Positions 1-8,657 of a stretch of DNA of 31,995 bases are shown here, in pieces. The stretch is from a virus (Duplodnaviria > Caudoviricetes). Position numbers and translations under genes: made by a program. The number at the start of each line of letters is the position of its first letter. The stretch's first letter is position 1. Below the pieces are notes generated by a model that saw nothing but the letters and a program-made list of their open reading frames with translations, was not told where the DNA came from and made no database searches. The stretch spans positions 1-31,995 of IMG/VR virus record IMGVR_UViG_3300020181_000318; one strand, given 5' to 3'.

Positions 1-1281
1 ATGCCCCGCGAACCACTGCCCATCGGAGGCAGAGGAAAGGTCACCACCAAGGAGACGCAGCCCGGCAAGTGGGTCGCGCTCTGCCGCTTCCGCGACCTCG
101 ACGGCCGCACCCGCCCGGTCGAACGCTCCGGCCCCACCGCCCGCAAGGCCGAGGCCAAGCTGGAACAGGCGCTGCGCGAACGCGTCACACCCCCACCGCG
201 GAAGGACCCGTCGTCCCGCTCCGCCCTCGCCGAGGCCCCCGTCCCGATCACCCTGACCACCTCCTCCCGGTTCAAGCACGCCGCGGCGATCTGGATCGAC
301 CGGGTCCAGCGCCGCCGGGTCGGCAGCACCTACGACACCCACCGCCGTTGGCTCGAAGCGCGCGTCCTGCCCGAGTTCGGCGAACTGCTCATCACCGAGA
401 TGACCGTCGGCCGCCTGGAGGACTTCTTCGACCGGCTCGCCACCGAGCCCTCCGACACCACGGGCAGGCCACTGAGCGCCAACTCCCGCCGCGCGATCCG
501 CAAGGTGATCGCCGGCGCACTCCAGGTCGCCGTCCGCTACGGAGTCCTGCAGGTCAACCCCACTTCCCAGATGGAGAGCATCGAGGACGACCGGGAGGGC
601 AAGAAGCGCCCGAGGGCTTACGACGCGGCCCGCGCGCTGGAGTTCTTCGCCGCGATCGACCTCGACCCGATCGCCGCCCGCACCAAGCTCAACGTGCTGA
701 TCAAGGCGCTGTTCTTCACCGGGGCCCGGATCGGCGAGGCGCTCGCCCTGCGCTGGCGGGATGTCAACCTCGGCGACGAGCCGGTCCACGTGTCCGACCC
801 GGTCGCCGGTGACCAGACCATCCCGCCACGAACGGTGTGGATCAACGGCAACATCGTGCGCGTCACCGGCAAGGGACTGGTCAGGCACAGCGGCAAGACC
901 GACGGCTCCATCGGCCTGGTCGAACTGGCCCCGGCGATGGTCTCTCTGCTCGCCATGATCAAACCCCCGGCGGCCGACCCGCTCGCGCCGGTGTTCCCCG
1001 CCGGCCCCGGAGGATGGCGGGACCCGAACACCACGGGAACCGCGATCCGTCGCCTCCGCCAGCGCGTGGGCTTCCCGGACTTCACCAGCCACATCGGCCG
1101 TAAGACCAACGGCACCGCGCTGGACGCGGCTGGCCAGAGCGCACGCCAGATCGCCGACGCGCTGCGCAAGGCCAGCGTGCGGGACGTGCAGGAGACGTAC
1201 ATGGGCCGTGGGCTGGCCAACCCGGCTGCGGCGCCGCTGATCGACAGGTTCTACCGCCCAGCCGAGCCGAGCAGGGAGTAG
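1..1281 (+). CDS. int: Tyrosine recombinase / phage integrase
   Basis: N-terminal arm-binding-like region (W.A.CRFRDLDGR...KAEA), box I FTGARIGEALALRW, catalytic K (SGKT), HxxR (SHIGRK), Tyr in QETYM; usual LGH replaced by LRK. Confidence 0.92.
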   Translation: MPREPLPIGGRGKVTTKETQPGKWVALCRFRDLDGRTRPVERSGPTARKAEAKLEQALRERVTPPPRKDPSSRSALAEAPVPITLTTSSRFKHAAAIWIDRVQRRRVGSTYDTHRRWLEARVLPEFGELLITEMTVGRLEDFFDRLATEPSDTTGRPLSANSRRAIRKVIAGALQVAVRYGVLQVNPTSQMESIEDDREGKKRPRAYDAARALEFFAAIDLDPIAARTKLNVLIKALFFTGARIGEALALRWRDVNLGDEPVHVSDPVAGDQTIPPRTVWINGNIVRVTGKGLVRHSGKTDGSIGLVELAPAMVSLLAMIKPPAADPLAPVFPAGPGGWRDPNTTGTAIRRLRQRVGFPDFTSHIGRKTNGTALDAAGQSARQIADALRKASVRDVQETYMGRGLANPAAAPLIDRFYRPAEPSRE

Positions 1282-1533
1282 GTGAGGCGGGGGCCGGGGT
1301 CACAGGGAGCGCGAACACCACCGTGGCCGGCCGACCCCCGCCCACCCATTCTGCCCCGCCGGGTGACGGTGTGTAACACCGCGCGGGGCCGTTGCGACAT
1401 GCCGGTCATGCACACCGCGTTACCCGCCGGCTCACCACCGGGTGCCCGACCGGGCCGCGTCTTCCCCGCCGTGCCGTCCACCGCCGCGTAGTCCGCGCGC
1501 CGCACGCACCCGTCTGGAATCCAGGAGCACGTG

Positions 1534-2079
1534 ATGTCCCACCCCCAGCAGCCCCCGCCGCCCTACCAGCCCGGCCCGGCCGCACCGCAACCGCCCGCGA
1601 AGAAGCGGAAGAAGTGGCCGTTCATCGTCGGCGGCCTGGTCGCGCTGATCGTCATCATCAGCGTCGCCAACGGCGGCAAGACCGACAAGACCGAACCCAC
1701 CACTCCGGCCGCCGCCGCGCCGACCCAGGACACCCCGGCACCGGCCGCGCCGCCCACCCAGGAAGCCAAGAAGCCCGCCTCGCGGGTGGTGGTGTACGAG
1801 GTGACCGGCGCCGGTCAGGCCCTGAACATCACCTACACCACCGACGGCATGACCTCCAGCGAGCAGGTGGCCGCCGCGGCGCTGCCGTGGACGAAGCAGC
1901 TCGAACTCCCGGCGGGGCAGGCGCTGCAGGTGGTGTCGGTGGTGGCGCAGGCCGGTGACGGGACGCCGGAGATCGCGGCGAAGATCACGGTGGACGGCAA
2001 GGTGGTCAAGGAGGGCAAGTCCTCGGGCCAGTTCGCGGTGGTGACGGTGAGCGAGAACATCGGCAGCTTGGGCAACTGA
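1534..2079 (+). CDS. Membrane-anchored MmpS-like protein (possible superinfection exclusion)
   Basis: Basic patch KKRKK, one TM helix, Pro/Ala/Thr linker, then VVYEVTG..ITY..LPW..ITVDG pattern; RBS AGGAG upstream; start could be GTG 1531. Confidence 0.7.
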   Translation: MSHPQQPPPPYQPGPAAPQPPAKKRKKWPFIVGGLVALIVIISVANGGKTDKTEPTTPAAAAPTQDTPAPAAPPTQEAKKPASRVVVYEVTGAGQALNITYTTDGMTSSEQVAAAALPWTKQLELPAGQALQVVSVVAQAGDGTPEIAAKITVDGKVVKEGKSSGQFAVVTVSENIGSLGN

Positions 2080-2082
2080 GCC

Positions 2083-2127
2083 AACGACGAAGCGCCCCCG
2101 CCCCGCCATGCGGCGAGACGGGGGCGC
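2083..2127 (-). terminator. Intrinsic terminator of the late (minus-strand) operon
   Basis: Minus strand GCGCCCCCGTCTCGCC-GCAT-GGCGGGGCGGGGGCGC forms a 16-bp stem (two G-U pairs, valid only on this strand) followed by TTCGTCGTT; lies between convergent genes. Confidence 0.8.
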
Positions 2128-2155
2128 GGCCCTGCCGGACGAGGGGCGGCAGGGG

Positions 2156-2524
2156 TCAGAGATCGGCGAGCCGGGCCACCCCGCTGCTGTCCGGGCCGAC
2201 CGGCGCCACCACCGCGGGACGCACCAGCAGACCGGTCAGCACCAGCTCCACCACCACCATCGCGGTGGACTGCACCTCCGGGGACAGCGCCAGCCCAAAG
2301 GCCAGGCCGACGGCGATCAGGGCCTTGAACGCGCCGACGAGCGCCGCGACCAGCCGCTCCCCGGCCAGCGCCCAGGCGGTGACCACGCCCAGCAGCGCCG
2401 CGGCGGCGGCGTTGACCAGGCCCTGCTGCTCCACGCTGAGCGGCAGCGCGGTGGCGGAGACGAGCGCGACGAGGGCGGAGACGAGCGCCAGCCAGTAGGC
2501 GGGCTCACGGCCGAGGATGCGCAT
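2156..2524 (-). CDS. Holin
   Basis: MRILGREPAYWLALV..., about 4 hydrophobic helices, directly downstream of endolysin, RBS GAGGAA before ATG 2524. Confidence 0.85.
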   Translation of the reverse strand: MRILGREPAYWLALVSALVALVSATALPLSVEQQGLVNAAAAALLGVVTAWALAGERLVAALVGAFKALIAVGLAFGLALSPEVQSTAMVVVELVLTGLLVRPAVVAPVGPDSSGVARLADL

Positions 2525-2535
2525 CGGTGTTCCTC

Positions 2536-3486
2536 TCAGGTGGTGGGTCCGGTCTCGGGGTCGTTGTCGCGGGTGCGCCGGTCGGCCTCGTCCTGCGCGG
2601 CGCGCGCGAGGCGGGCCACGTCGTCGTCCGACAGGCGCGTCACGGCCTTGCTCAGCAGTGCGCCGAGCTGCTGCACCTGCGCGTCGGACAGCAGCAGGTC
2701 CGGCTTGTCCTCGCTCACGCGGGACGCCAGGTCGACTCCGCGGTCCGCGCCGGTGGCCTTGTAGGTGGAGACCAACACGTTCGCGACGTGCGTGTTCGGG
2801 CTCCACTTCGCGTCGATGGTGAGCTGACGCTCCAGCCAGGCGATGCGCTGCGCCATGACCGTGATCCACTCGACGGCCGGGTGCTCCTCGTAATCCTTGG
2901 GCCCCGGTCCGGTCTTGAGCCGCAGGGGTGCCATCCAGATGTCGTTCGCGCTGGGCATGTCGTCCTCCGAGCTCGTGCCGTTGACGTCGGCGAACAGCAC
3001 GTCCCACGGGAAGTTGCCGCCGATGTCGGTGTGGTCGCCGTCGCTGGCGCCGACGGTGTAGTCCCAGTGCATGATCACGCCGGGTCGTCCGGCGGCCACG
3101 CCCGCGGACCCGATGTGCTGCCGGGGGATGCCGTGCTTGTCGCACTTGCGCCGCACCCACTCCGCGGCGTTGCGGATCATCTGCCGCGGGTTGACGACCC
3201 CGTCCACAGTGCCCTCCGACAGCCACTGCGCCCGGCTCCAGCGGGCGAACCCGCACATCTCCAGGTTCAGGGAGCGGGGGTTGCCGTTGAGCAGGGTCCA
3301 CGCGGCCTGGTCGTCGGGCACCCAGCCGTCGTCCAGCCCGGTGCCGTCGGCGCCGCCGTGGGAGCTGCCGGAGCGCACGGTGTCGAAGAAGTGGTAGAGG
3401 TCTGACCGCCGGCGCGATCCCTCGGCGGTGTGCAGGCACACCCAGATGATCCGCGCGCCGTTACGGCTGCTGCTGGCCAGCGCCAT
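2536..3486 (-). CDS. Endolysin, N-acetylmuramoyl-L-alanine amidase (Amidase_2 type)
   Basis: CLHTAEG, SSH, AWT..NGN..SLNLEMCG, HWD..DHTDIG..FPWD zinc-amidase motifs; RBS GGAGG. Confidence 0.9.
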   Translation of the reverse strand: MALASSSRNGARIIWVCLHTAEGSRRRSDLYHFFDTVRSGSSHGGADGTGLDDGWVPDDQAAWTLLNGNPRSLNLEMCGFARWSRAQWLSEGTVDGVVNPRQMIRNAAEWVRRKCDKHGIPRQHIGSAGVAAGRPGVIMHWDYTVGASDGDHTDIGGNFPWDVLFADVNGTSSEDDMPSANDIWMAPLRLKTGPGPKDYEEHPAVEWITVMAQRIAWLERQLTIDAKWSPNTHVANVLVSTYKATGADRGVDLASRVSEDKPDLLLSDAQVQQLGALLSKAVTRLSDDDVARLARAAQDEADRRTRDNDPETGPTT

Positions 3487-3835
3487 CGGTGCTCACCTCC
3501 GGCGGGGGCATGTAGTAGCGGAACCGCTCCGGGGTGCCGTCGGCGCGGATGACGTGGGTGACCTCCGGGGGCAGGTCGAGCCGGTCGGCCGGGGCCCCGG
3601 CCTCGGGGACCGCCCGGCCGGTGTCCAGCAGTCGGCGGACGTACTCGGCCTGGTCGTCGTCCCCGCGGCCACCGCCGCCGTGGTAGGTCATCACCAGCCG
3701 CACGTGACGGCGGCCGTCCGCGTCGCGCCACCACTCGTGCGTGGTGGTCTCGGTCCAGGGCTCGCCGTACTCGACGGCCTCCCCGACGCTGATCAGGTAG
3801 TCGACCAGCGCCTCCTCGTCCTGTGGTTCGGGCAT
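3461..3835 (-). CDS. Hypothetical protein (124 aa, starts MPEPQDEE)
   Basis: RBS GAGGTG before ATG 3835; co-oriented in the operon; GC3-rich codons. Confidence 0.65.
   Translation of the reverse strand: MPEPQDEEALVDYLISVGEAVEYGEPWTETTTHEWWRDADGRRHVRLVMTYHGGGGRGDDDQAEYVRRLLDTGRAVPEAGAPADRLDLPPEVTHVIRADGTPERFRYYMPPPEVSTDGAGQQQP
3812..3832. repeat. 21-bp direct repeat, copy 1 (CTCCTCGTCCTGTGGTTCGGG)
   Basis: Identical to 4422-4442. Confidence 0.95.
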
Positions 3836-3837
3836 GA

Positions 3838-4416
3838 TCACCTCGTAGTGGCGGGTTCGTGGTTGGCTTGCGCCCGCAGCCGAAGGAAGTCGAACTTGAC
3901 GCGGTTGTGGCGGGCGTCGGCGAGCGCGTTGTGGTTGCCCTCCGCCTGCTTCGGCAGCACGTCCCACGCCACGCCGAGCCGCCGGGCTTCCTGCTGGATG
4001 TCGCAGGTAAACATCGGCAGCCCGTCCGGCAGGACGACCATCGGCCCCCACAGCTGGCACAGCACCACGTGGTCGTACGCGCCGTAGTCCGCCCACAGCT
4101 CCGGCTGGTCGGCGGCGAGCAGGAACGCCTCCACCTCGGCCGCGATCTGCGCCCGGGGCTTCACCTCGGGAGCGTGGTAGTTGAACAGCCACCGCTCCGG
4201 CATGTGCAGGTTCCAGTCACCGTGCGGCTGGGGCAGCGACGGGACCACGTTGGCCATCAACCACTCGTGCTTGCGGACGCGCTTCTCCAACTTCCCGTGC
4301 GTGACCTTGTCGCTGACCGCGTAGTACTCGCGTCCGTCCTCGGCGACGATGCCGATGGAGATCAGGTCGATGGTGCGGCCGTCCTCCAGGAATTCGGTGT
4401 CGTAGAAGTACTTCAC
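3838..4416 (-). CDS. DEDDh 3'-5' exoribonuclease (Rv2179c/RNase AS-like, DUF5051)
   Basis: YFYDTEF.EDG.TIDLISIGIV, WADYGAYDHV, HNALADAR motifs; GTG start after GAGGAG. Confidence 0.9.
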   Translation of the reverse strand: MKYFYDTEFLEDGRTIDLISIGIVAEDGREYYAVSDKVTHGKLEKRVRKHEWLMANVVPSLPQPHGDWNLHMPERWLFNYHAPEVKPRAQIAAEVEAFLLAADQPELWADYGAYDHVVLCQLWGPMVVLPDGLPMFTCDIQQEARRLGVAWDVLPKQAEGNHNALADARHNRVKFDFLRLRAQANHEPATTR

Positions 4417-4598
4417 GGGCTCTCCTCGTCCTGTGGTTCGGGGGTCAGATCGGCGATGATCCAGACGCGGCCCTCGCGCAGCTCGGTGCGCACCCGCGCC
4501 ATCTGCCCGGCCTGCTCGGCGACCACCTGGATGCGGCGCACCAGCGCGTCGATCTCGTCCTGGCCGGCATCCTCGGGCAGGTGCGCGTCCACAGGCAC
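4413..4598 (-). CDS. Hypothetical protein (61 aa, ends PEPQDEESP)
   Basis: GGAG upstream of GTG; GTGA overlap with the next gene. Confidence 0.6.
   Translation of the reverse strand: MPVDAHLPEDAGQDEIDALVRRIQVVAEQAGQMARVRTELREGRVWIIADLTPEPQDEESP
4422..4442. repeat. 21-bp direct repeat, copy 2
   Basis: Identical to 3812-3832. Confidence 0.95.
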
Positions 4599-4610
4599 CT
4601 CCCGGTCAGG

Positions 4611-5150
4611 TCAGCCGCAGACCTTGCGCGGGGCCTCAGGGAACGGGTTTTCCCGCTGCTTCTTCTTCGCCTCGGTACGCTTGGTCAGGTAGTCGCTCAG
4701 CGCCGTGCGGAACTGCTCCTGCGCCTGCGGTGTGCCCGCCTCACCCACAGAGGTCAGCTGGCCCACCGTGGCCATCAGGTCGTCGAGGGCCTCCTGCGCC
4801 TGTGCCGACGCCGCCGACCGCGCGTCCAGCGCGTCGGCGAACCCGTCGGAGTAGGCGCGGGTGCAATCGGCGAACCGGCGGGTCTCGGAGGTCTGATGGA
4901 TGCCGTTCGCGGCGGTGAAGATGCCCAGCAGCACCACCACCGCGCCGATCACGTGCTCGTAGGACGGACGTCGTCTGCGTCGGGACGTCGTCACGGCCGG
5001 ACTCCCCTCGGTCACCGCGTCGGTGATCGTCTCGACGTTCTCGGCCATCCGGTCCACGGTGCGCGTCAGCCGACCGGCGGCGAACCCCACCACCAGCCCT
5101 GCCCCGGCCCAGATGATCGAGCTGACGGTGTACTCGAGCAGGGGGTTCAC
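4611..5150 (-). CDS. Membrane protein (2 TM plus C-terminal helical domain with 2 Cys), lysis-region accessory
   Basis: Two hydrophobic segments; GTGA overlap with the upstream gene. Confidence 0.75.
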   Translation of the reverse strand: MNPLLEYTVSSIIWAGAGLVVGFAAGRLTRTVDRMAENVETITDAVTEGSPAVTTSRRRRRPSYEHVIGAVVVLLGIFTAANGIHQTSETRRFADCTRAYSDGFADALDARSAASAQAQEALDDLMATVGQLTSVGEAGTPQAQEQFRTALSDYLTKRTEAKKKQRENPFPEAPRKVCG

Positions 5151-5464
5151 GAGCCATCACCCCGCGGTGGGTCGGTGTCCTCGGGCAGGTCGTCGCCGGA
5201 CGCCTCGGGTTCGGCCTCGGCGGGTTCGGGCTCGGTGGGCTCCGGCTCGCCCGCGATCCGGCGGGCCAGGCGCTGACGGGCGTTCTGCAAGACGTCGCGT
5301 TTCGGGGTCAGCCCGAACACCGCGCCGACGATGATCGCGAAGATCGCGTTGATGGTGGCGTCGTGGCGCTCCGGATACAGGGCGCCGACCACGAGGTTGG
5401 CGGCCCACACGATCGACACGAGGATCGCGATCCCGATCGCCAGCGGTCTGGACAGCACCGGCAC
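5147..5464 (-). CDS. Small 2-TM membrane protein with acidic Pro-rich tail (holin-like)
   Basis: Two TM helices; lies between tail and lysis genes. Confidence 0.7.
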   Translation of the reverse strand: MPVLSRPLAIGIAILVSIVWAANLVVGALYPERHDATINAIFAIIVGAVFGLTPKRDVLQNARQRLARRIAGEPEPTEPEPAEAEPEASGDDLPEDTDPPRGDGS

Positions 5465-5554
5465 CCCCAGGGGCGAGTGGTGGACATGGGAATCCCACCG
5501 ACCTGCCCGACCAGGCGGTGAAGCGCAGGCGGAGAACCTGCCCGAGGTAGTGCA

Positions 5555-5866
5555 CTAGTCCTGTGGTGCCGGTGGCGCCGCGCCCGCGAACGCGTCCCAC
5601 AGGCTGTTGACCGTGAACTCGACGTCGTTGGCCGGCGAGTCGTGATTGATCACGGCGTTGGTGGCCACACCCCACGCGAACCGCGGCGCCCAGGCATCCG
5701 ACGCCTCCAGTACCCGCACCGACAGAGACCGCCGCATCTGCCCGCGCGGCGTCCCGTCGTCCTGCTCGGCGCCGACCGCGACCGCGGCCTTGACCATGGC
5801 GGCCTGCACGCGTTCCACGAACGAGGTGGTCTTCGCCAGCTGCCCGATCTCATCCAACCGGTCCAC
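5555..5866 (-). CDS. Hypothetical phage protein (tail-module associated)
   Basis: RBS GAGAGGA, typical codon usage, position in operon. Confidence 0.75.
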   Translation of the reverse strand: MDRLDEIGQLAKTTSFVERVQAAMVKAAVAVGAEQDDGTPRGQMRRSLSVRVLEASDAWAPRFAWGVATNAVINHDSPANDVEFTVNSLWDAFAGAAPPAPQD

Positions 5867-5876
5867 AGTCCTCTCC

Positions 5877-6110
5877 TCACGTCGTTGCTGGGGTGCCGAG
5901 CACGAACCACGCGCCCGGCATCAGGCACAGGATCAGCACGTTGTGGCCGACCACGGGGGTGTAGGCGGTGAGCCTGGGCAGGGTCATCGAGGTGCCTTGC
6001 ACGGTGACGAGCACCCGGCCGCCCACGGCGGTGCCGGTGACCGTGCCGACCCGCAGCAGCCCCGCCATCGCCTGCCGGAACCGTTCCTCGAACGCGTCTT
6101 CCAGGGCCAC
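5877..6110 (-). CDS. Small minor tail protein (OB-fold/spike-like)
   Basis: GTVTG..V.V......LPRL..YTP.VG..VL..pattern; GTG 6110 just after the upstream stop. Confidence 0.7.
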   Translation of the reverse strand: MALEDAFEERFRQAMAGLLRVGTVTGTAVGGRVLVTVQGTSMTLPRLTAYTPVVGHNVLILCLMPGAWFVLGTPATT

Positions 6111-6111
6111 G

Positions 6112-7209
6112 TCACACCACCCCCAGATCCAGTGCGCGAGCCTGCAGAGGCTGCGCCTCACGGGGTGCGAGCGGGACGACGACCTTGTCGAGGATGAGGA
6201 GCTGCTCGCGCCCCTCGTCGCGCAGCGGCACGACATCACCGGCCTCCAGAGCGGGGTTGACGATCGCGGAGATCGCGGGCAGTGACTCGCCGCCGCGGGA
6301 GCGGGCCAGGATCGCCGCCGCCGCGGTCTGGCACTGGGCCACCGTGGTCAGCAGCGGCGACGAGTAGAACTTCGGCTTCCGGCCGAACGGCCCCAGGTAG
6401 TAGGTCGGCGAGTTGGGGTCGGTGTCCCACACCACCGCCTGCACCGGGGCCGTGCCATCGGTGCGCTCCCCACGGGCCACCACACCGCTGTAGGCCGGTT
6501 CGCGGGACTGGGTGTCCGACCGGGACACCAGGATGCCGCGCTCGCCCGAGGCGATCGTCCACACCGGCGGATCGGTCAGCGTCGGCTGCGGCCGGATCAC
6601 GAACGACCCGGTGGGGTCGGCGAACACCTCCGCGCCGATGCTGTCCGCCAGCTTCTCGACGCCGTCGGCCCAGCGCTCCTGCTCGATGTCCAGCCGCGGC
6701 GCAATCTGCGTCGACCCGGTGTAGTCCACCACCGGCACCGACGTGCCCCACGTCTCCTGGATCAACCGGCGGATCTCCGCCACCACCGTCGCCCCGGAGG
6801 TCGTCTGCGCCGGCGCGGTAAACCGGTCCTCGGCGACCCGCAGCGACCGGTCCGCCAGCTCGATCGGCATCGTCCCCGACGTCGGATACGGCCGCTCCCG
6901 CCCAGACTTGACGACCAGGCCGCGGATGAGCGGCACCCACTCGACCCGGCCGCCGGGCAGGACGATGCCGTACTCCACCAGCACCTCCGCGCCGGTGACG
7001 GCCAGTACCGACCGCGGGTCGACAGACCACAGCGACAGGTCGGTGGTGAGGGTGGCGGTGCGGCGCACCTGCGACCCGGCGTCGCTGGTCACCGACCCGC
7101 CACCGACCGGGATCTCCCGCGTCCCGAACGGCCCGTAGGCGGTGGCCCGTACATCCATCCCGTGGGACTGCGCCAGCGCGAGCTTCGCCGGGGTCGACAG
7201 AGTCCACAC
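6112..7209 (-). CDS. Minor tail protein / baseplate hub (DUF5047-like)
   Basis: GGSVT.D....RRT, PTYYLGPFGRKPKFYSSPLLT, NPALEAGDVV motifs typical of actinophage tail hub proteins. Confidence 0.85.
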   Translation of the reverse strand: MWTLSTPAKLALAQSHGMDVRATAYGPFGTREIPVGGGSVTSDAGSQVRRTATLTTDLSLWSVDPRSVLAVTGAEVLVEYGIVLPGGRVEWVPLIRGLVVKSGRERPYPTSGTMPIELADRSLRVAEDRFTAPAQTTSGATVVAEIRRLIQETWGTSVPVVDYTGSTQIAPRLDIEQERWADGVEKLADSIGAEVFADPTGSFVIRPQPTLTDPPVWTIASGERGILVSRSDTQSREPAYSGVVARGERTDGTAPVQAVVWDTDPNSPTYYLGPFGRKPKFYSSPLLTTVAQCQTAAAAILARSRGGESLPAISAIVNPALEAGDVVPLRDEGREQLLILDKVVVPLAPREAQPLQARALDLGVV

Positions 7210-7219
7210 CGCGTCCCCC

Positions 7220-8656
7220 TCAGGCTGTGAGTGCCGGGTCGGGCACGTCGACCTCGTAGTACGGCGCGGTCAGCAGGAACGCGTCCTGCCAGGCTTTTCG
7301 GCCCTCGCGGTCCTCGCTGATCGTGCCCAGCGAGTACCACGATCCGGCCGTGCCGAGGTGGTAGTCGCTCGGGGTGCGGATCAGTACCGGCTGCCCGTCC
7401 TGGAACAGGGCGAGCAGCTGGTTGCGCTCGGTGGCGCTGATGGCGTTGATGGCGATCGTGCCCGCCGGGGCCTGCCGCTCCGCTCCGGTCACCACGATCG
7501 GGAACCTGCGGCCCAGCACCCGGAACACGCCCTGCTCGATCTCGTGCACCCGGTCCGGTACGGCGCGCAGGTCGATGCTCACCGGCGCGGCGGCGGCGGT
7601 CGGGTGGGTCAGCCACGTCCTGCCGCCGCTGTCCAGGGTGGCTGCGGCCGAGCGGATCAGTCCACCGCCCGCCGAGGCGTAGTTGCCGACCTCGTAGACC
7701 AGCGGCACGTCCAGCGGGGCCTCGCCGTCCTCCAGCGTCACCACCGGCGCCAGCCGCGACACCGACAGCTGCGCGGCCCCGGTCCACGACCCGCCCAGCA
7801 CGCTGCCGTCGTACTCGGTGCCGTCGGTGCGGCCCTGCTCCACGGTGACCGCATCCACCTCGAGGTAGCCGCCGGCGGGCATCCCACCGGCCACGACCTT
7901 GATCGTGGACACGGTGATCGCCCCGGCCGCCGCCCGCACCGTGACCGCCTGCCGTGCCCACGTCTCCACGCTCGCGTTGATCCGGTCCGCGGTCAGGGTC
8001 GCGGTCACCGGGGTCAGCGCGGCCCCGGTGCGGTCCAGGTAGGTCACCGACACAGTCACCGACGTCGCCCGCGCCGAAAGCAGCAGCGCGAACCCGATCG
8101 TGGCTTCGGGGCTGACCGGCAGGGCGTGCGGCACGCCCACGCCGATCGACCCGGCCGAGGCGACCGCCGCGCGCAGCACCGTGCTGCCCAGCGTGCCGAC
8201 CGCGGGCTCGGTCAGGGTGCGCTGGGACAGCGTCGGTGTGCCGTCCGCCGCCGACCAGCCGGTCAGGGCCGTCTCCACGCTGGGGTTGGTGGCGTAGTTC
8301 CGGCGGGTCGGCGCGTCGATCCGCAGCGAGTACCCGCCCCGCACCGGAGTCCGGGCCCCGTCCGGAGTGACCCGGTAGACGAGCACGTCGGTGGTGTCCG
8401 GCCACCACACCATCGCCCGCATCACCCCGACCTCCGGGGCCGGCACCAGCACGATGCCGCTGCCCGGGTAGACGGTGAGCGGCCCGCCACCGGCCAGGCC
8501 GAGCGCGCCGAGCGGACGCGGCCCGGCCAGCGGGGTGTAGGAGTAGGTCGTGGTGCCGTCGGGCACCGGCGGCGGCACGTACCCGCCGGGCGGCGCGGTG
8601 GTGTCGACCGTCGGCGCGGCCAGCGGCGCGGCGCCGATCGCTCCGGGCGCGCCCAC
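7220..8656 (-). CDS. Distal-tail-like minor tail protein with inserted carbohydrate-binding-like domain
   Basis: RTPVRGG ... DGEAPLDVPLVYEV halves separated by an RRNYATNPSVE...YDGS insert; C-terminal WLTHP...VLGRRFPIVVT. Confidence 0.75.
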   Translation of the reverse strand: MGAPGAIGAAPLAAPTVDTTAPPGGYVPPPVPDGTTTYSYTPLAGPRPLGALGLAGGGPLTVYPGSGIVLVPAPEVGVMRAMVWWPDTTDVLVYRVTPDGARTPVRGGYSLRIDAPTRRNYATNPSVETALTGWSAADGTPTLSQRTLTEPAVGTLGSTVLRAAVASAGSIGVGVPHALPVSPEATIGFALLLSARATSVTVSVTYLDRTGAALTPVTATLTADRINASVETWARQAVTVRAAAGAITVSTIKVVAGGMPAGGYLEVDAVTVEQGRTDGTEYDGSVLGGSWTGAAQLSVSRLAPVVTLEDGEAPLDVPLVYEVGNYASAGGGLIRSAAATLDSGGRTWLTHPTAAAAPVSIDLRAVPDRVHEIEQGVFRVLGRRFPIVVTGAERQAPAGTIAINAISATERNQLLALFQDGQPVLIRTPSDYHLGTAGSWYSLGTISEDREGRKAWQDAFLLTAPYYEVDVPDPALTA

Positions 8657-8657
8657 G

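Noticed and set aside
1282-1530. attP/attL core or tRNA fragment after the integrase
   Set aside because: No tRNA-like T-arm and no matching repeat found elsewhere in the window by eye; att probably lies outside the window
2156-3439. 427-aa ORF as an extended holin
   Set aside because: The region upstream of 2524 overlaps the endolysin in another frame; the RBS supports ATG 2524
5465-5554. Short repeats (TCGGGCAGGT twice, CCGCCTG twice) and a possible gene remnant in a 90-bp gap
   Set aside because: Too short and GC-rich; no convincing ORF or stem
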